Part shown: piece by piece, positions 21,051 to 33,117 of the stretch
Layout of the letters: each line of letters begins with the position of its first letter
Numbering within the stretch: the first letter of the stretch is position 1
Source: Phyllosticta citribraziliensis
Lineage: Eukaryota
Direction of reading: 5' to 3'
NCBI RefSeq assembly: GCF_038025025.1
Contig: NW_027117356.1
Location: forward strand, 1 to 35,376
DNA length: 35,376 nt
Made by a program: the position numbers and the translations under genes
Notes under the pieces: model-generated
Told to the model about the DNA's origin: nothing
Database searches by the model: none
What the model saw: only the letters and a program-made list of their open reading frames with translations

Positions 21051-23229
21051 TTTGTGTGTAGAGCTAGAAGGCTACAGGAAAGCTCGATGCTTGTCGATTG
21101 TCTAGATGCACGTAGTATTCTGATGTCTGAAGATGGGAGGGCTGTCAGTAAATGAAAAAAAAGCTTAAACGAGGCGAATGTATGGTAGGGCTGTCCCGTC
21201 CCTTAACCATTCGACTTTTCTAAGAAGCAGACCCTGAGCCAGAGCAGAGCAAACGGAGTTCAAGCTGTTTGAGCTGCTTTGCCGCTGGACAAAGCCCGCA
21301 GGACAAAAATTGTCGACAACGCCACTGTGACCTCCAATTGCCTGCTCGCGCGAGCGCTAGAGGAAACAAGCCGCCACAGTGACGCCAGCCCACTCCCAGC
21401 CACCAACACGGATGACGAACGACAAAGAAACAGATGGAAGAACTCACCTCAGCTGCCAATCTGGTCGAGGTCGATGGAGGCAGGGAGCGATCCGCAACGC
21501 GGAGGACAGAGCCGCCACGAAGGTCGTCGTCGTCGCCCGCCCGTTGATGCGAGGGCGGCACGCAGCGCCGTCAAGTAGTGGGTTGGCAGTTATTTGCCCT
21601 AACCAAGAAGGGTCAGGAAATGCTTGGCGCCAGATAACCCCAACGGAGCCCTCAAGCAAACAAACTCACTATTGGTGACTCTGTCAAAGTCAGATCCGCC
21701 ACAGAACCCCACGAACGGCCAGGTGCAGGTGGCTGGAGGAGAGGTCTAGTCGAACCACAGGCCGCGGAGACGCAACCGACCGACAGACTGGCCGACCGAC
21801 CGAGCAAACGCCTCAAACACGCAGGCGAGGCGCCACGAAGACCACCAGGTCGTTTGTTGACACTTGGGACAACTGCGGAACAGGGTCCAACCAACCGCGT
21901 CTGACAGGCGTGTTCAAGAAGACAGCGGGACGGAGTGACGAAGGAGGTCAATGAACCAAGGGCGAGGGATTGGGAAGGGATGGATAACAATAATGCCAAC
22001 GAATAGATGGAAAGGGGTGTAGTTGTCGCTGGCACAGGCGAGTGGCAACGAAGAAGCAAGAAACAACAATGAAGCAGAGAGAGAGTGTGGTGATGTGATG
22101 GATGGCTCTGATTTGCAGGCGGTGAAGCGGCGAATCGTGGCCGGTGGGGGTGGAGGGACCGCACTGCAGCCACGCCACCCGAAGTCGCGTCGCGAAGTCA
22201 GCTGAGTGGCAATTTTCCCAAATGTGTGTGCTCGCCCGTCATTGGCTCGCTTGTGGGCCTTAGGTCTTCAACCGCTGCCATCTCCTACTACTCACCATCT
22301 CAACGTTCGAATAGCTATCCTAGGTATGGTTGGCTGAATTGCGTGTAGCTCGTCGCAAGCCCGCAGGCTTCCGTCCCAACGATGGGCGCAAGCAGCGCAC
22401 AGCAAGCACCCGCTGCGCATCTCATCCGACGTGTCGCAAACAGCTCGACACCACAGTGGGTCGAGTAGCAACGAACGAACGCTCCCGACATCCGGGCATG
22501 GTCAATTCAAGGACGGGAAGATTGGGTGTCAGTACGAGTCCACATCAATCGACAAGTCACGAAACAGGAACACCGAAACAACAAAGCGATAGAAGTGCTT
22601 CGCAGCGCGACATGTATACAGCTAATCATATATCAGAATCGAACCGGCAGGTAAGCTATCATAGCAATACCACCAACCAACCCGAATCAAAGAGACATTA
22701 AGGAGAGGATAGAAAGAATAACGCGAGACCGAAAGAGGGCGAGGAGACGGAAGTTCAGTCCGTCTCCATCCCTCAACCAAAGAACGAAAAAAAAGAAAGA
22801 AATCCCCAGGCCCTGATCCAGTACCCAGGTCCGTTGTACCCTGTACCTTTCTCTTCTTTTCCAGGAAACGAACCGGACCGGACCGAACCAACCAGAGACC
22901 AAGCAGAGCGAGAGAGACTAAAAAAGAAGCAAAGTTTGACGACCTCGCCGGATCTGACCTATCCGTGCTAAGCTCTCGTTCTCGTGTGCGTGCGCCGGGA
23001 GATGTGCAAACCCAAAAAACCCAAGAAAAGGGAAAGCCAAATCCAATAATGCCTTCCCGTGCCGAACCCCAAAGTATACCTACCTTAAGAATGGTCCCCA
23101 AGAAAAAAGAGCGCGAGCAACAAATCCAAGAAAACGCCGCGGCCGTCCGCCCGTCATCTATGTATGTACAGGCTCGTCGCATTCATATCGTCACAAACCA
23201 TCGCCGACGTCGTCACCACGGCACGCTGC

Positions 23230-26200
23230 TCACGATGCGCCGCCCAGCGCCGCGAACATCGCCAGGTACCACGTGCGGCTGGCGCCGCTGTCGAGCAGGC
23301 TGGTGTCGAAGTCGTCGGGCGCAAAGTAGTTGTAGGCGGCCGACGCGTTGACCAGGCCCGTGTTGGCGTACAGCAGGCCGCGCCACCCGCCCGTCGCCTG
23401 GTCAATGCGCCCGTCGCTCATGTACACGTCGTACTCTTCTTGCACGAACTTCTTGGTGCGGATGTAGGGCGACGGCACGTGGACGGGGAGCATGTGAATG
23501 CTGCAAAGGGCAGGGCGTTAGCAAGCGATCCACGGTTGGGTTTGAGGAAGAAGGAGACTCACCCTTGCTTGTAGAACCACTCGTCGCCAAAATACGTAGT
23601 CCAGTCGACCTTGTTCTCAAACAGGATGCCCGTGACCTTGTTATTGATGATTTGCGGCGGCTGGTTCGGGTTGTCCGACTCCATCAGGAAGTAGTTCTGG
23701 AAGCTGCGTGCCTGGATCGCCAGCATGAGGTTACCTACGCCCAGCGTCAGTATATTTTCATCTCACATTACATCATCGATGCGGCTTGTGACACGGGGAA
23801 CTGAGAGACTCACCCCTGGCCTCCATGTTGGCGTCACCAGTCGTCTTGCCCCACATCTTGATGGCGTACGACGCGAACATATCCTACAAGCAAACCCACG
23901 GGTCAGCATCCGCAATATTTTTAGATTGTTCTTCAGCTCTGCGCCCCAGACATACCTCGGACGACGACTCCTGATCTTTGCCGTCACCAGACTCAAACAG
24001 GCCCTTGGCCCAACTGTGTCCGCTGTGTAACATTAGTCTCGGCTACCGACAGAGAGCTGCTCCGCTATTGAATCACTTACTGGAACCAGTCGAATCCCCG
24101 GCTGAACGGAAAGTGCGAATCCATCACCGGGTTGGCAAAGTCGCGCACCAACATGTCGGCCCATGCCTTGTTGGTTCCCGATTTGAGCCAACTTGGGTCC
24201 AGAGAACCTATCACGGCGGCAGTGTAGACGCTGTTTCAGGGTCAGCAAATCAAAATTCCAGAAATTCAAAGACTGTCTTACTGGTATCCATAATGGAAGT
24301 GATGGTCGTTGTAGTAAGTGTTTCCAAAGTCGGCGCCAGAATCCTTGTAACCAGCGCTGGAAACAACGCCCTTCCAAGTAGGGTCGTAATTGAGCGGGTT
24401 AATCTGGTTGTTGCTGATGAACTTTGCAAACTCTCCCTGGAGCAGCTTGAGCCCGGATGCGGCAAGCGTCGTGTTGCCGCCCAGCTGATGCGTGGCCCAG
24501 ACGATCGAGGCAAACTTGGCAAACGCCTTGCCGCTAAAGTACATGGAGTTGATGTAAGCCTGCGCCGTGATGTTTTGCGCGAGCTCGGATTGCGCGGCGC
24601 TCACAATCTTGGATTGCACTTGCGCCGACACCGAGTTGATGGAGCCTTTTTCCGGAGACCAGGGCGCGAAGCCCATGCACGCTGGCAGGTTGCTTTCAAC
24701 CATGGTCCACGAGTCTTTAACCACCGCAGTGGCGTTTCCCTTGGTTGTTGTAACCAAGGTAATGTCCGTCTTGCACCCAGCTGTTGCTGAGTCGAAGCTT
24801 TCCACGTGGTGAGGCAGTGCAAACATCAGCAGTGTCTTCGAGATCAATCCACACTTTGTGTAGCTGTAGGTGTAGCTGCCCGTGTTGCCGTTGGCGGTGG
24901 CCGAGATCTTGAGGTTAGAGGGATAGACGCCCGCAGAAGCATCAAAGATGTCCTCTCCATCTTCTCCGAGGTTGTTCTTGGCGATGCTGATGGTTCCCGA
25001 CCATTTTGAGGGCGCCACGAGGTGCGTGGTTGTAGTAAGGTTGAACTGGGGATAGTCTGATCCGTTTGCGGGAACAGCGTAGGCAAGCCAGGTGGTACCG
25101 TCGTCAAGCTCGAGGCGATACTTGTAAGTGTTGTCGTCAATCTGGAAAGGACCAACAACAGCCTTGAAACAGACACCGCTGCTGATTTGCGGAGTGCCAC
25201 CATTGTAGATTCCAGTCACATATCCCATGCCCTGGACCAGAGGCACCGTAAGCAGTGGCTTGGAGCCATTGGCCGTTGCAAAATTGGCGTTGACGGAAAA
25301 GGCATCAAGCGAATCCACCGTCATGGAAGTGCTTGGGCCCAGCTCCGTCGCGGACAGCACCAGAGATTGGATGCCGGCAGGATTGATGTAGTACCTGACG
25401 CTCTCATGGTCGGTTTCGGGTCCGAATGTTAGCTGCGAGCGCTCGTTGTGTGCTATCGCAAGTCCGTAGCTTTTGGAGTTTCCGCTTCCTTTGGGCCACC
25501 AGACTGAGTAAGGATGCGTCCAGGCAGGTGCAGTAGCGTTGCCCAAAAATAGGTTGGCATAGAATTTATTTGTCTGGTACGGGCTTGATCTCGAGTCGGA
25601 TATCAGGGCTGGCGATACTGGATGCTTTGGGCCCATGGGAATTTGGCTGGGCGGAGCATTATCGGCTCCCGCAACGGGTTGGAATATGTTGGAGCTAGAC
25701 GACATTCCGCACGTGGCGTCGGTGGTATTGGTTAGGGTAACGTTGACCCCGGTTGTCGGAAGAGCCGAGGCCACGCTCACCGAGAGCACCGAAGCCGACG
25801 GCCAGAGGGTAACCTGCGGGTAGAGCTGCAACGATGTGAGTACGGTTCCTGTCGTTTCGGGTACTGCGGTCGTCGGCGCCGTCGACTGGATCGTAACAGA
25901 AACTGTGCCTGTCTTCAACGAAATTCTTGTTGTTGACGAGGGGAATGCGGCTTGTGTCGTGCTCGGCCCCGCTATGCCGGGATCTAACGATGCAGGTAAC
26001 TCCTGGTCAGTATCTGATGTTGAGAACGATGGCGAATCGCAATGCGTTGTTGAGAAACAAGGGACAATCGAGCTTGAGCTTGTTTGGTGTTTAATCGAAA
26101 AATAAGCCGTTGCGCGCGCAATGCTGCTGGGGAAGCCTGCCGATTCTGTGCGTGGCCCCGCCGTAAAGGCGGGTGCGGCCAGCTCGGAACCGAGAACGGA

Positions 26201-26584
26201 AGAGGAAGGCGAGGAATAGTAAACAATGCTCAACGAAACAGCGGAAGAACAAGAAAAAGAAATCGGGGTTGTAAATGTTGGAATTTCAGATGCGCAAACG
26301 GTTGGCAAAAGGGAATTCACCGAGGACGTGGACGACGTAGAAGAAAATGCCTGTCCGGAGGAGAGAATTGCAGCATATACCGTCTGCGTAGTCGTGAAGA
26401 CTTCACTCTGGCATGTTTCTTCGACGTTGCCCACCTCCCCACGTGATTGGACTGCTGGTAGTCGGTTCAAAGGGTACATACTTGCGGCCTTTTGTCCGGG
26501 AGCGAGCGGGTGTCCCTCTGTACAGCCCTCCCACAGGGAGACTGCCAGGGAAAAAAGGAAAATTCGAGAAAGTACAGGAGCCAT
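23230..26584 (-). CDS. Secreted GH81 endo-1,3(4)-beta-glucanase with a long Ser/Thr-rich N-terminal region
   Basis: Signal peptide; motifs [74 protein letters not shown] and GIHMLP. Introns at ~24231-24281, 24023-24080, 23884-23955, 23735-23813 and 23501-23562. Confidence 0.95.
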
Positions 26585-28212
26585 GGTCCTGGCGTAAGAG
26601 AGGGTCTACACAACAAAAGGAGAGTGTCGGTATAAGGTTATAAGGAGAGTAGTCAAGGAAAGTTATAATATAGAAAAAGAAAAGGTTGTCGAGCGGCTTG
26701 AACGGTTTCCCGAGCGGGCGAAGAGTTCATATATTCCCGGCCTGTTGATCAGAAAGAGGGTCGTGGCTGGGTCGAGGCAAGTCTCGCCGAATGGTTTGCT
26801 AACTAGGGTAAGCGGACGGGTCGGCCAACTGAGTTTATAAAATAGTCATTGGCGAGGATGAGGTGGATAAATATAGCAACAGCTGATGTAGCGCGTGTGC
26901 AGCAGCGTCAGAAGACTAGAGCGAGGCCAGGGACAGTGGACGCTTGATTCACTTTGTGAAGAAACCCCCGTTGCTGTTTCTGCAAAGGCCTCTCAAGGTG
27001 GGACGATGGGGCTAAGACGCGTACGTTACCAGGTTGAGCACTGCTTAGCAGTGCTTACATGAACGATCCTTTCTTTTCTTCTCATTGTACATTCTGGGGT
27101 TAACCGCGACGAGCTTAGCTGCAAAAGGCCCCTGCGCGCAACCTCCAACGCTGAACGGCTGACGAAAGGAACTAGAGCAAAGTAAATGGCGAATAATAGG
27201 TGCTGTCAACCTGTGTGTCCCTTTCTTGGCCTTTCTTGGAGGGCTATAGCGGGTCGGGACTTGATGTTTGAGACCCTAAAACGCCGAATATAGTCGACCA
27301 ATCCGGTTAGCGGAGCAACATAAACTTTGGTAATTAAGATGGCTTGAACGCTTTCCCGGTCCCGGGACGGGAGGCTGCAAAGTACAAATGTTGTCAAGGG
27401 TAACGATGTGGCGACAATGCTGCGCTGGAGATGCCCACGTTGCCATTCTGCATCCACGGCTTGCCGTTGCAGCGAGTTGGAATGAAGTTCTGTACGCTCC
27501 AGCAAGTCGACCATGGCCATGCTGGCCACGTCATGAGGGCGGCGGACAGCCCCGCATTGGCAAGCCTTCGCCATCACAAGAGAGGCAGGCGTTTACACAA
27601 TCGTACAGGTTAGTATTCCTTAGCCGCTTCGATGGTGGTGACTGGTTCAGCGGTCCAAGTGCCGAGACCCAGGAACCCCGGCGCTGCAGTTCGGACGGCC
27701 CTCATGACAGTCCGGCTGGATCACGCCGCTCAAAATGTTCGGCAGGGCGGTTCGGTCGCAGCGCTTCGGTCCGCTCGGCGCACGCCGTCACTTGATCGGA
27801 AATAGTCCAACCACGAAGCTCCAGGTGATCAGGCTGACGAGGGTGGGCTGGATGAATCCTTCAAGGATTCGCAGGCATCGTTGGCAGCGGCGGCGAGAAA
27901 GCCATCGAGATGAACCCCTGCCACTGATCGGACGTCACCGAAACATCAAACTGACAAGAGGAAGCGATGAGCCTTGCGGGTCAGCAATCAGGATGAAAGA
28001 AGGTAGTCTCTCGTCAGACGACGTCGGGAGCTGCACGCTCGATCCCGTACCACCGTGGCTCACGAAAAGAGCGTCTGTGTGCCGGAAGCGGTGCCACTCG
28101 TTTCACCGGCCGCCACAAGCGCTGGTACCTTGCCGATGGTCTTCATACCTGGATTACTCTATTTAGACGTGCTCTGCGACAGGTTCTACAATACGCTCCA
28201 ATCCTTTGCAGC

Positions 28213-31116
28213 CTACACAAGCGGCTTCGCCAGGGGCTTGATGACGACGCCAGGTTTGACCATGACTCTCGGCTTCGTCCCGTCCTGGAAAATCTCCTTC
28301 GTGTTGAATTCGGGGCCCAGAGGTCGTCGCAGCGTGGATTCGTAGACTTGCTTGGACTCGTGCGGGAACGGCAACGCAGATGCCAGGTACTTGGAGTTCT
28401 TCTTGACCCGTTTCTCGTTGATCACCACGTTCTTCAATTTGGCGTCCTTGCGATCTTCCTTCTTGACTCCCTTTTGAGTGGTGAGGAAGCGCCCGCTGTT
28501 ACGCTCACGCGATCTTTTGCTCAGGCCCGAGCCAGCCCAACTGCCCCAGCCCGGAAGGGTGTTGTCAATGACTTTGTCGCCCTCGTCCTGTTCAATGGTG
28601 CGCTTCTCAGCCTCAAACACATCGGCCACTTCGTCACCAGCGAAAGCCTTCTCGACCAAGGATTCTTTCTTGAGTGTGAATGGGTTGGCAGGTTCCTTGT
28701 CCGACTCTTCATCGTCCGATGTCTCTTTGTTGTCATAGGTGACGACGGTCCAGCCATCAGATTCAGCTGGCGCAGATGATTCAGTTGCCTTTGCCTTTGC
28801 TGGCTTCGCCGTTCTGGGCTTGTTCTCTGCCAGGTCCAGAACTGGGCCAGCATCGGCAGATGCTCCATGGCGTGACTTGGATTTCGAGTTGGGCCTCTTT
28901 GAAAGTGCTGCTGCCAAGGCATTGTCCTCAGGGTCCTCCGAAGGCTCCCGAACGACGGTGCCACCAGTTTTGCGGCTCCTCTGCTCCGCAACATTCCTCT
29001 GCTTACGCGACTGGTGCTCGCGAGGTTGGTCTCGATCCTGGGAATCGGTCTTGATCGGGTCAGGCTCCTCTTCGTCGTCTGAGCCTGGTTGCTCTTCGAA
29101 TTCATTTCTTGGTTGCTTTTTGGTAGGCTTGGTCTGTTTTTCAGAAGATGGACCAAAGACACGGCGACCGATGGACTGTTGGGCGGCCTTGTTGTCATCC
29201 TCATCCGAGACGCCGTGTCCGTCAGCCTCCGCTAGCTCTCTGCGGATCCTCTTGACATCTTCGTCATTTTGGGCTTTGAGGGCGGCGTCGGCGCGCAGCA
29301 TGAATTTCATGGAGGCGAGCTTGGAAAGACCACCAGCTTCTGCCGAGTCGGTGCCAGAAACACGATTCAGCTGTCGCTGAAGCCTCCGGACGTCGCCAGA
29401 CTCGGAATTGTCGTCATCATCCTCGCTGTTCATGTCGGACATCTCGTCTTCGCCCTGTACGTCCTTGCCTTCGATCCTGCGGCGCAGCTCCTCATTCTTG
29501 CGAGCCATTTCATTGACTCCCTCACGAGCATCCTCGTCCCAGGCAGCCCTTCCTGTCGCCTTGATTCCCTTGGCCCACTTGCTCTCTCGGTGCTTGGCTC
29601 CCATCCGTTCTTCTGCCCTGCGACGATCCTGTCGCTCCTGCTCATCCTCAGACATTTCGATACCGGCAGCCGCCATTGCATCTCTCTCTTGCTCCTCGAG
29701 GCGCTCCCTTTCCTTCCTGTGGACCCGGCGAAACGACTTTGACTTGATCTTCTTGACTCGTTTCGCGCGCATTTCTTCTCTAAAGAGCAGGTCGCGAGCC
29801 TTGCGCAGCTCTGCGCGACGCGCAACAACTTCCTCAAGAGGCATTTTGTTGGTTTGCAATTCTTCAAACTCGCGAATCTGTTCCTCCTCGTTCTTGCCTG
29901 TGGCTAGGCCACTTTCTTCCATGATGGCCTGAATCGTGCTCTCGAGCTCGTTGGTCGGTTTGGCGTTGTTGAGAGGGACAAGATGCTTGACACCAGCTGG
30001 TTCCTGCGCGTCTGGATCCTTGATGGGGAATGAAATATGTTCGGCACGTCGGTTTTGCTTCACCGTGTCCACCCAGCGGTCAAGTTGTTCCTTGGCCTTT
30101 TCGTTCGCCGCCTGACGTTCGATCTTGTCCTGTAATCTTTTGGGTAGAGGCGCATCGAGCTTCCCAGGAATGCCGTTGCGCTTGGAAGATTTCTTGTCCT
30201 TGAGCATCTTGACCATTTTCTTTGCATTCGGATCGTTTGTCCCAGCCAGCAAGTCGCCAATGTCCAATTTTTGTGAAGAACCAACGCCAAACTCCGACGG
30301 TGCGGCGCTCTCGTGGGCGTTGGTAGGCCGATCCTTTTTCCTCTTGCCATCTGCATCCTGTGATATGCTCGATATGAAATTCTGGAGCTCCGAGATTTTG
30401 TTTGGGTCGTTGTCGTCCTCGTCGACGTCCGACATGTCGTAGTCCGATGCCTCATCATCACCAGCGGATTCAGAGTCTTCGGATTCAGATTGGCTCTCTT
30501 GCTGGCGTGATTTCTTGCCCTTGGACTTTTCCTGCTCTTCCTCTTCCTCGTAATCATCGAGCATCTGGGCAAGGTCCACGGCATCCGACCCAAGAGACTC
30601 ATCGTCACTGTCCTCTGCGCTTTCGTCGTCGCCCTCTTCCAAGTTGAGATCTCCGTCCTCATCCTCGGTCCGGGGCGCCTTCTTTTTCTTCTTGCTCTTG
30701 GGCGCGGAGCTTCCGCGGAACGTGAAGTCGGCAAACCGTTCTTCATCGCTTTCTCCAAAGGCTTCGTCACTGTCGATGTCGCTATCGTCGTCGTCGTCGA
30801 CGCGTCCTGTATGCCAGGTGTTTCCCTCCGAATCGCTGCCTTCGCTAACGTCGAGGTCGTCGGCACCGCCTCTGGTCTGCTTTTTTTGTCTTGGACCTTC
30901 GTCCTCGTCGTCATCCTCGTCGCTATCGGCTCTTTGACGTTTCCGGCGTGAACCATCGTCTTCAAGCTCACCGAGACGAGACTTGCGGACCTTGGGGTTG
31001 TCGTTCACTTCGCGCTCGGCGATGGCGTAGGCGTCTAAGTTGCGCTTTTGGGCTTTTTTGCGTGCATTCTTCGGTTTTCCGGCGGAGACAGTGCTCCGTG
31101 CAATCCTTCGAGGCAT
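28213..31116 (-). CDS. UTP14: U3 snoRNA-associated SSU processome protein Utp14
   Basis: Highly charged 967-aa protein with PLPKR..R.AA..K..L.RW..TVK.NRRAEH, KRVKKIKSKSFRRVH, RAEERM..KH..SKWAK, LPGWGSWAG and LPFPHES..YE..LR.PLGPE.NT. Confidence 0.96.
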   Translation of the reverse strand: MPRRIARSTVSAGKPKNARKKAQKRNLDAYAIAEREVNDNPKVRKSRLGELEDDGSRRKRQRADSDEDDDEDEGPRQKKQTRGGADDLDVSEGSDSEGNTWHTGRVDDDDDSDIDSDEAFGESDEERFADFTFRGSSAPKSKKKKKAPRTEDEDGDLNLEEGDDESAEDSDDESLGSDAVDLAQMLDDYEEEEEQEKSKGKKSRQQESQSESEDSESAGDDEASDYDMSDVDEDDNDPNKISELQNFISSISQDADGKRKKDRPTNAHESAAPSEFGVGSSQKLDIGDLLAGTNDPNAKKMVKMLKDKKSSKRNGIPGKLDAPLPKRLQDKIERQAANEKAKEQLDRWVDTVKQNRRAEHISFPIKDPDAQEPAGVKHLVPLNNAKPTNELESTIQAIMEESGLATGKNEEEQIREFEELQTNKMPLEEVVARRAELRKARDLLFREEMRAKRVKKIKSKSFRRVHRKERERLEEQERDAMAAAGIEMSEDEQERQDRRRAEERMGAKHRESKWAKGIKATGRAAWDEDAREGVNEMARKNEELRRRIEGKDVQGEDEMSDMNSEDDDDNSESGDVRRLQRQLNRVSGTDSAEAGGLSKLASMKFMLRADAALKAQNDEDVKRIRRELAEADGHGVSDEDDNKAAQQSIGRRVFGPSSEKQTKPTKKQPRNEFEEQPGSDDEEEPDPIKTDSQDRDQPREHQSRKQRNVAEQRSRKTGGTVVREPSEDPEDNALAAALSKRPNSKSKSRHGASADAGPVLDLAENKPRTAKPAKAKATESSAPAESDGWTVVTYDNKETSDDEESDKEPANPFTLKKESLVEKAFAGDEVADVFEAEKRTIEQDEGDKVIDNTLPGWGSWAGSGLSKRSRERNSGRFLTTQKGVKKEDRKDAKLKNVVINEKRVKKNSKYLASALPFPHESKQVYESTLRRPLGPEFNTKEIFQDGTKPRVMVKPGVVIKPLAKPLV

Positions 31117-31339
31117 TTTGACAAAGATGGGCGAGCGAGACGTTGCGTTGTAGAAGCGCGCTCAGCAAAGATTGAGCGGAGGCACGAAATTCTGGAGTTG
31201 GTGGTCTGTGCGCTGGATTTTTTTGGCGCCCCTACTTGCCAACGCCGATTCGCCGACGCGACTTGCAAGCCAACCCAGAAGATCCGTCCTCTGCCTTTGC
31301 GATTCGTCTTCAAAGTCCAACTCTAACGCCAACGCCAAC

Positions 31340-31702
31340 ATGCAGCCAACTCAGGTGCTTCAGCGCAGCATCAGGCGCTTGAAGCTCACCACCAAGCAGA
31401 CCAACAAGGGCTACTACAAGGGTACTGGCTCGGGAGCTATGGGTCGACACACCTCACGCGGAAAGTACATTGTCGAATACCACAAGGTCCGAACATATGT
31501 CTGCCCAAACCTGACGGGATTTGATGTAAATGGGCCAACTGTCGTGGACTTGAGCATTTCACTAATCAGTCAATAGCTCACACCATTCGTCACGAAACGC
31601 CTCGACCCTAAGGAGACCAAGACAAAGTACGAGAACAAGGAGGGCCCGCTCAGCGGCAAACTGTACCTCGAGAAGTGGAAAGAGGAGAATGGCAGAGATT
31701 GA
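31340..31702 (+). CDS. MRPL27: Mitochondrial ribosomal protein mL41 (yeast MRPL27), ~103 aa
   Basis: RRLKLTTKQTNKGYYKGTGSGAMGRHT..KVRTYVCP, an intron at 31526-31576, and exon 2 LTPFV..GPLSGKLYLEKWK. It lies divergent from UTP14 across ~220 bp. Confidence 0.93.
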
Positions 31703-31867
31703 AGCTGTATCAAGGCAAAATATAAACCACGAAGACAATTGTCGTGTGAAAGGAGCTACAGGGAATTGGGCATACCACGGCGTTTGAGGTGTCTCCATTG
31801 GTAACCGGGAAGTCTGCTGAAAACTTCAGGCTGTGAAAAATTACAAGAGATTGAGGAGTCTTTACGG

Positions 31868-32700
31868 TCATACTTTTCTCGAAACAACTACCGTAGGTGG
31901 TGACGAACGTTCTGGAGGCATGGTACAGTGTTCGCCGCTGGAGCAATGCGATACCGGTGCGTCCTCGTTGGCCAGCTTGAACAGCCCGAATCTGTGATGC
32001 GGCAGTCTGTCCCGATACCTGTTTTCAAGCTTATCCATTGACCTTGAAATTTCGCTCAAACAAGGCCGTGTTCGGATGCTCCCACTCGCTTTGCAAACAA
32101 GCTATTCCTAGGGAGTCTTCAACACCAGCTCCTTGCTGTGCGTCGTTCCATACAAGATCAAGAACAGACCACCATTTCTCCCAAGTAGTTCGCATTCCTA
32201 GGCCTGTCGAATTCGCCATCCATGGAGCTGTCACGTTATACTGCCAGAAATGTCCAACCGAAAATATAGTGCCGTTCATGTCAGCCACGTCGGGCCACCT
32301 TACTCTTCGGATCTCGGTCAGAATTGTTGCATTTCAACCAGGCGAGCCTCCGGGCCATAATGCCCCGCAAAGACCGATTGCGGGGTACTGAACGAGCCGA
32401 CGGGGTGAATAATCAGTTGCCGAAACCAAACGTTGGAGAACGCGGAAGAGGACGTTAGCGTCTTCACACCCGAGCCCTTGGAGCTTTCGTTCAAATTGTC
32501 TTGACTCCGTAAGTGTGTCTTCGATGCTCAGAAAATCGATCAAGATTGAATCCAGCCTACTCAACTTGTTCCAACTCTACATCATGGTCCTACGGGATTT
32601 GGGGGCTACAACCACTTCAGCTTCCCCTGATTCAATGTTCTCGGAGGTGAATATACCGAAGACTCGCTGGCGTGAAAACTGCCTTCCCGATGGACATGGT
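31868..32700 (-). pseudogene. Probable degenerate gene of unknown family
   Basis: ORFs 32334..32564 and 32031..32288 are in the same frame, separated by a single TGA (GSPG*NATIL). One TAG lies just upstream in that frame, and a possible frameshifted tail runs to 31868. No family was recognised. Confidence 0.4.
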
Positions 32701-33117
32701 TGACGTACCTCGGTGGCGCTGAGGCCATCTACTTGCGTAATGGCCGATACTCGGTAATCAAGCCTACGACGCAGCCAAGAACCCTTTCAGCACTGCTTTG
32801 GCCTTGGGAGAACTTCATTAATACCATCAGTGGCGCAAGCTTACTGCGTCGGTCTCCTCTTCAAGCAGTCCTCCTGAGCTTGCTTCTTGGAAGCCAACCA
32901 CGATCTACGCATGGATTCTCCACAGTCCCGGAGCTGGGCTTCGGCTCCACAACCAGCCTCACACTGGCCGCGGCCGTATGTTGCCCTTTGCTAGGCAACC
33001 AAAGAGGGCCAGGTCCGTGTGGATATTTGTCCATGAAGGGGAGTGTTATATCCACCGGTGCCGTCGCCAGGCGGATGCCCGCTCAACTTCACCCCACAAG
33101 TCACAGTCAACGTCGCC

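Noticed and set aside
21060..23220. Short ORFs and A-rich tracts between Argonaute and the GH81 gene
   Set aside because: Look like 5' and 3' untranslated or promoter sequence; no recognisable product.
26600..28200. Short ORFs between the GH81 gene and UTP14
   Set aside because: No motifs or convincing splice structure; treated as intergenic/promoter.
28348..30971. Many overlapping ORFs within UTP14
   Set aside because: Alternate-frame or antisense shadows of a low-complexity charged protein.
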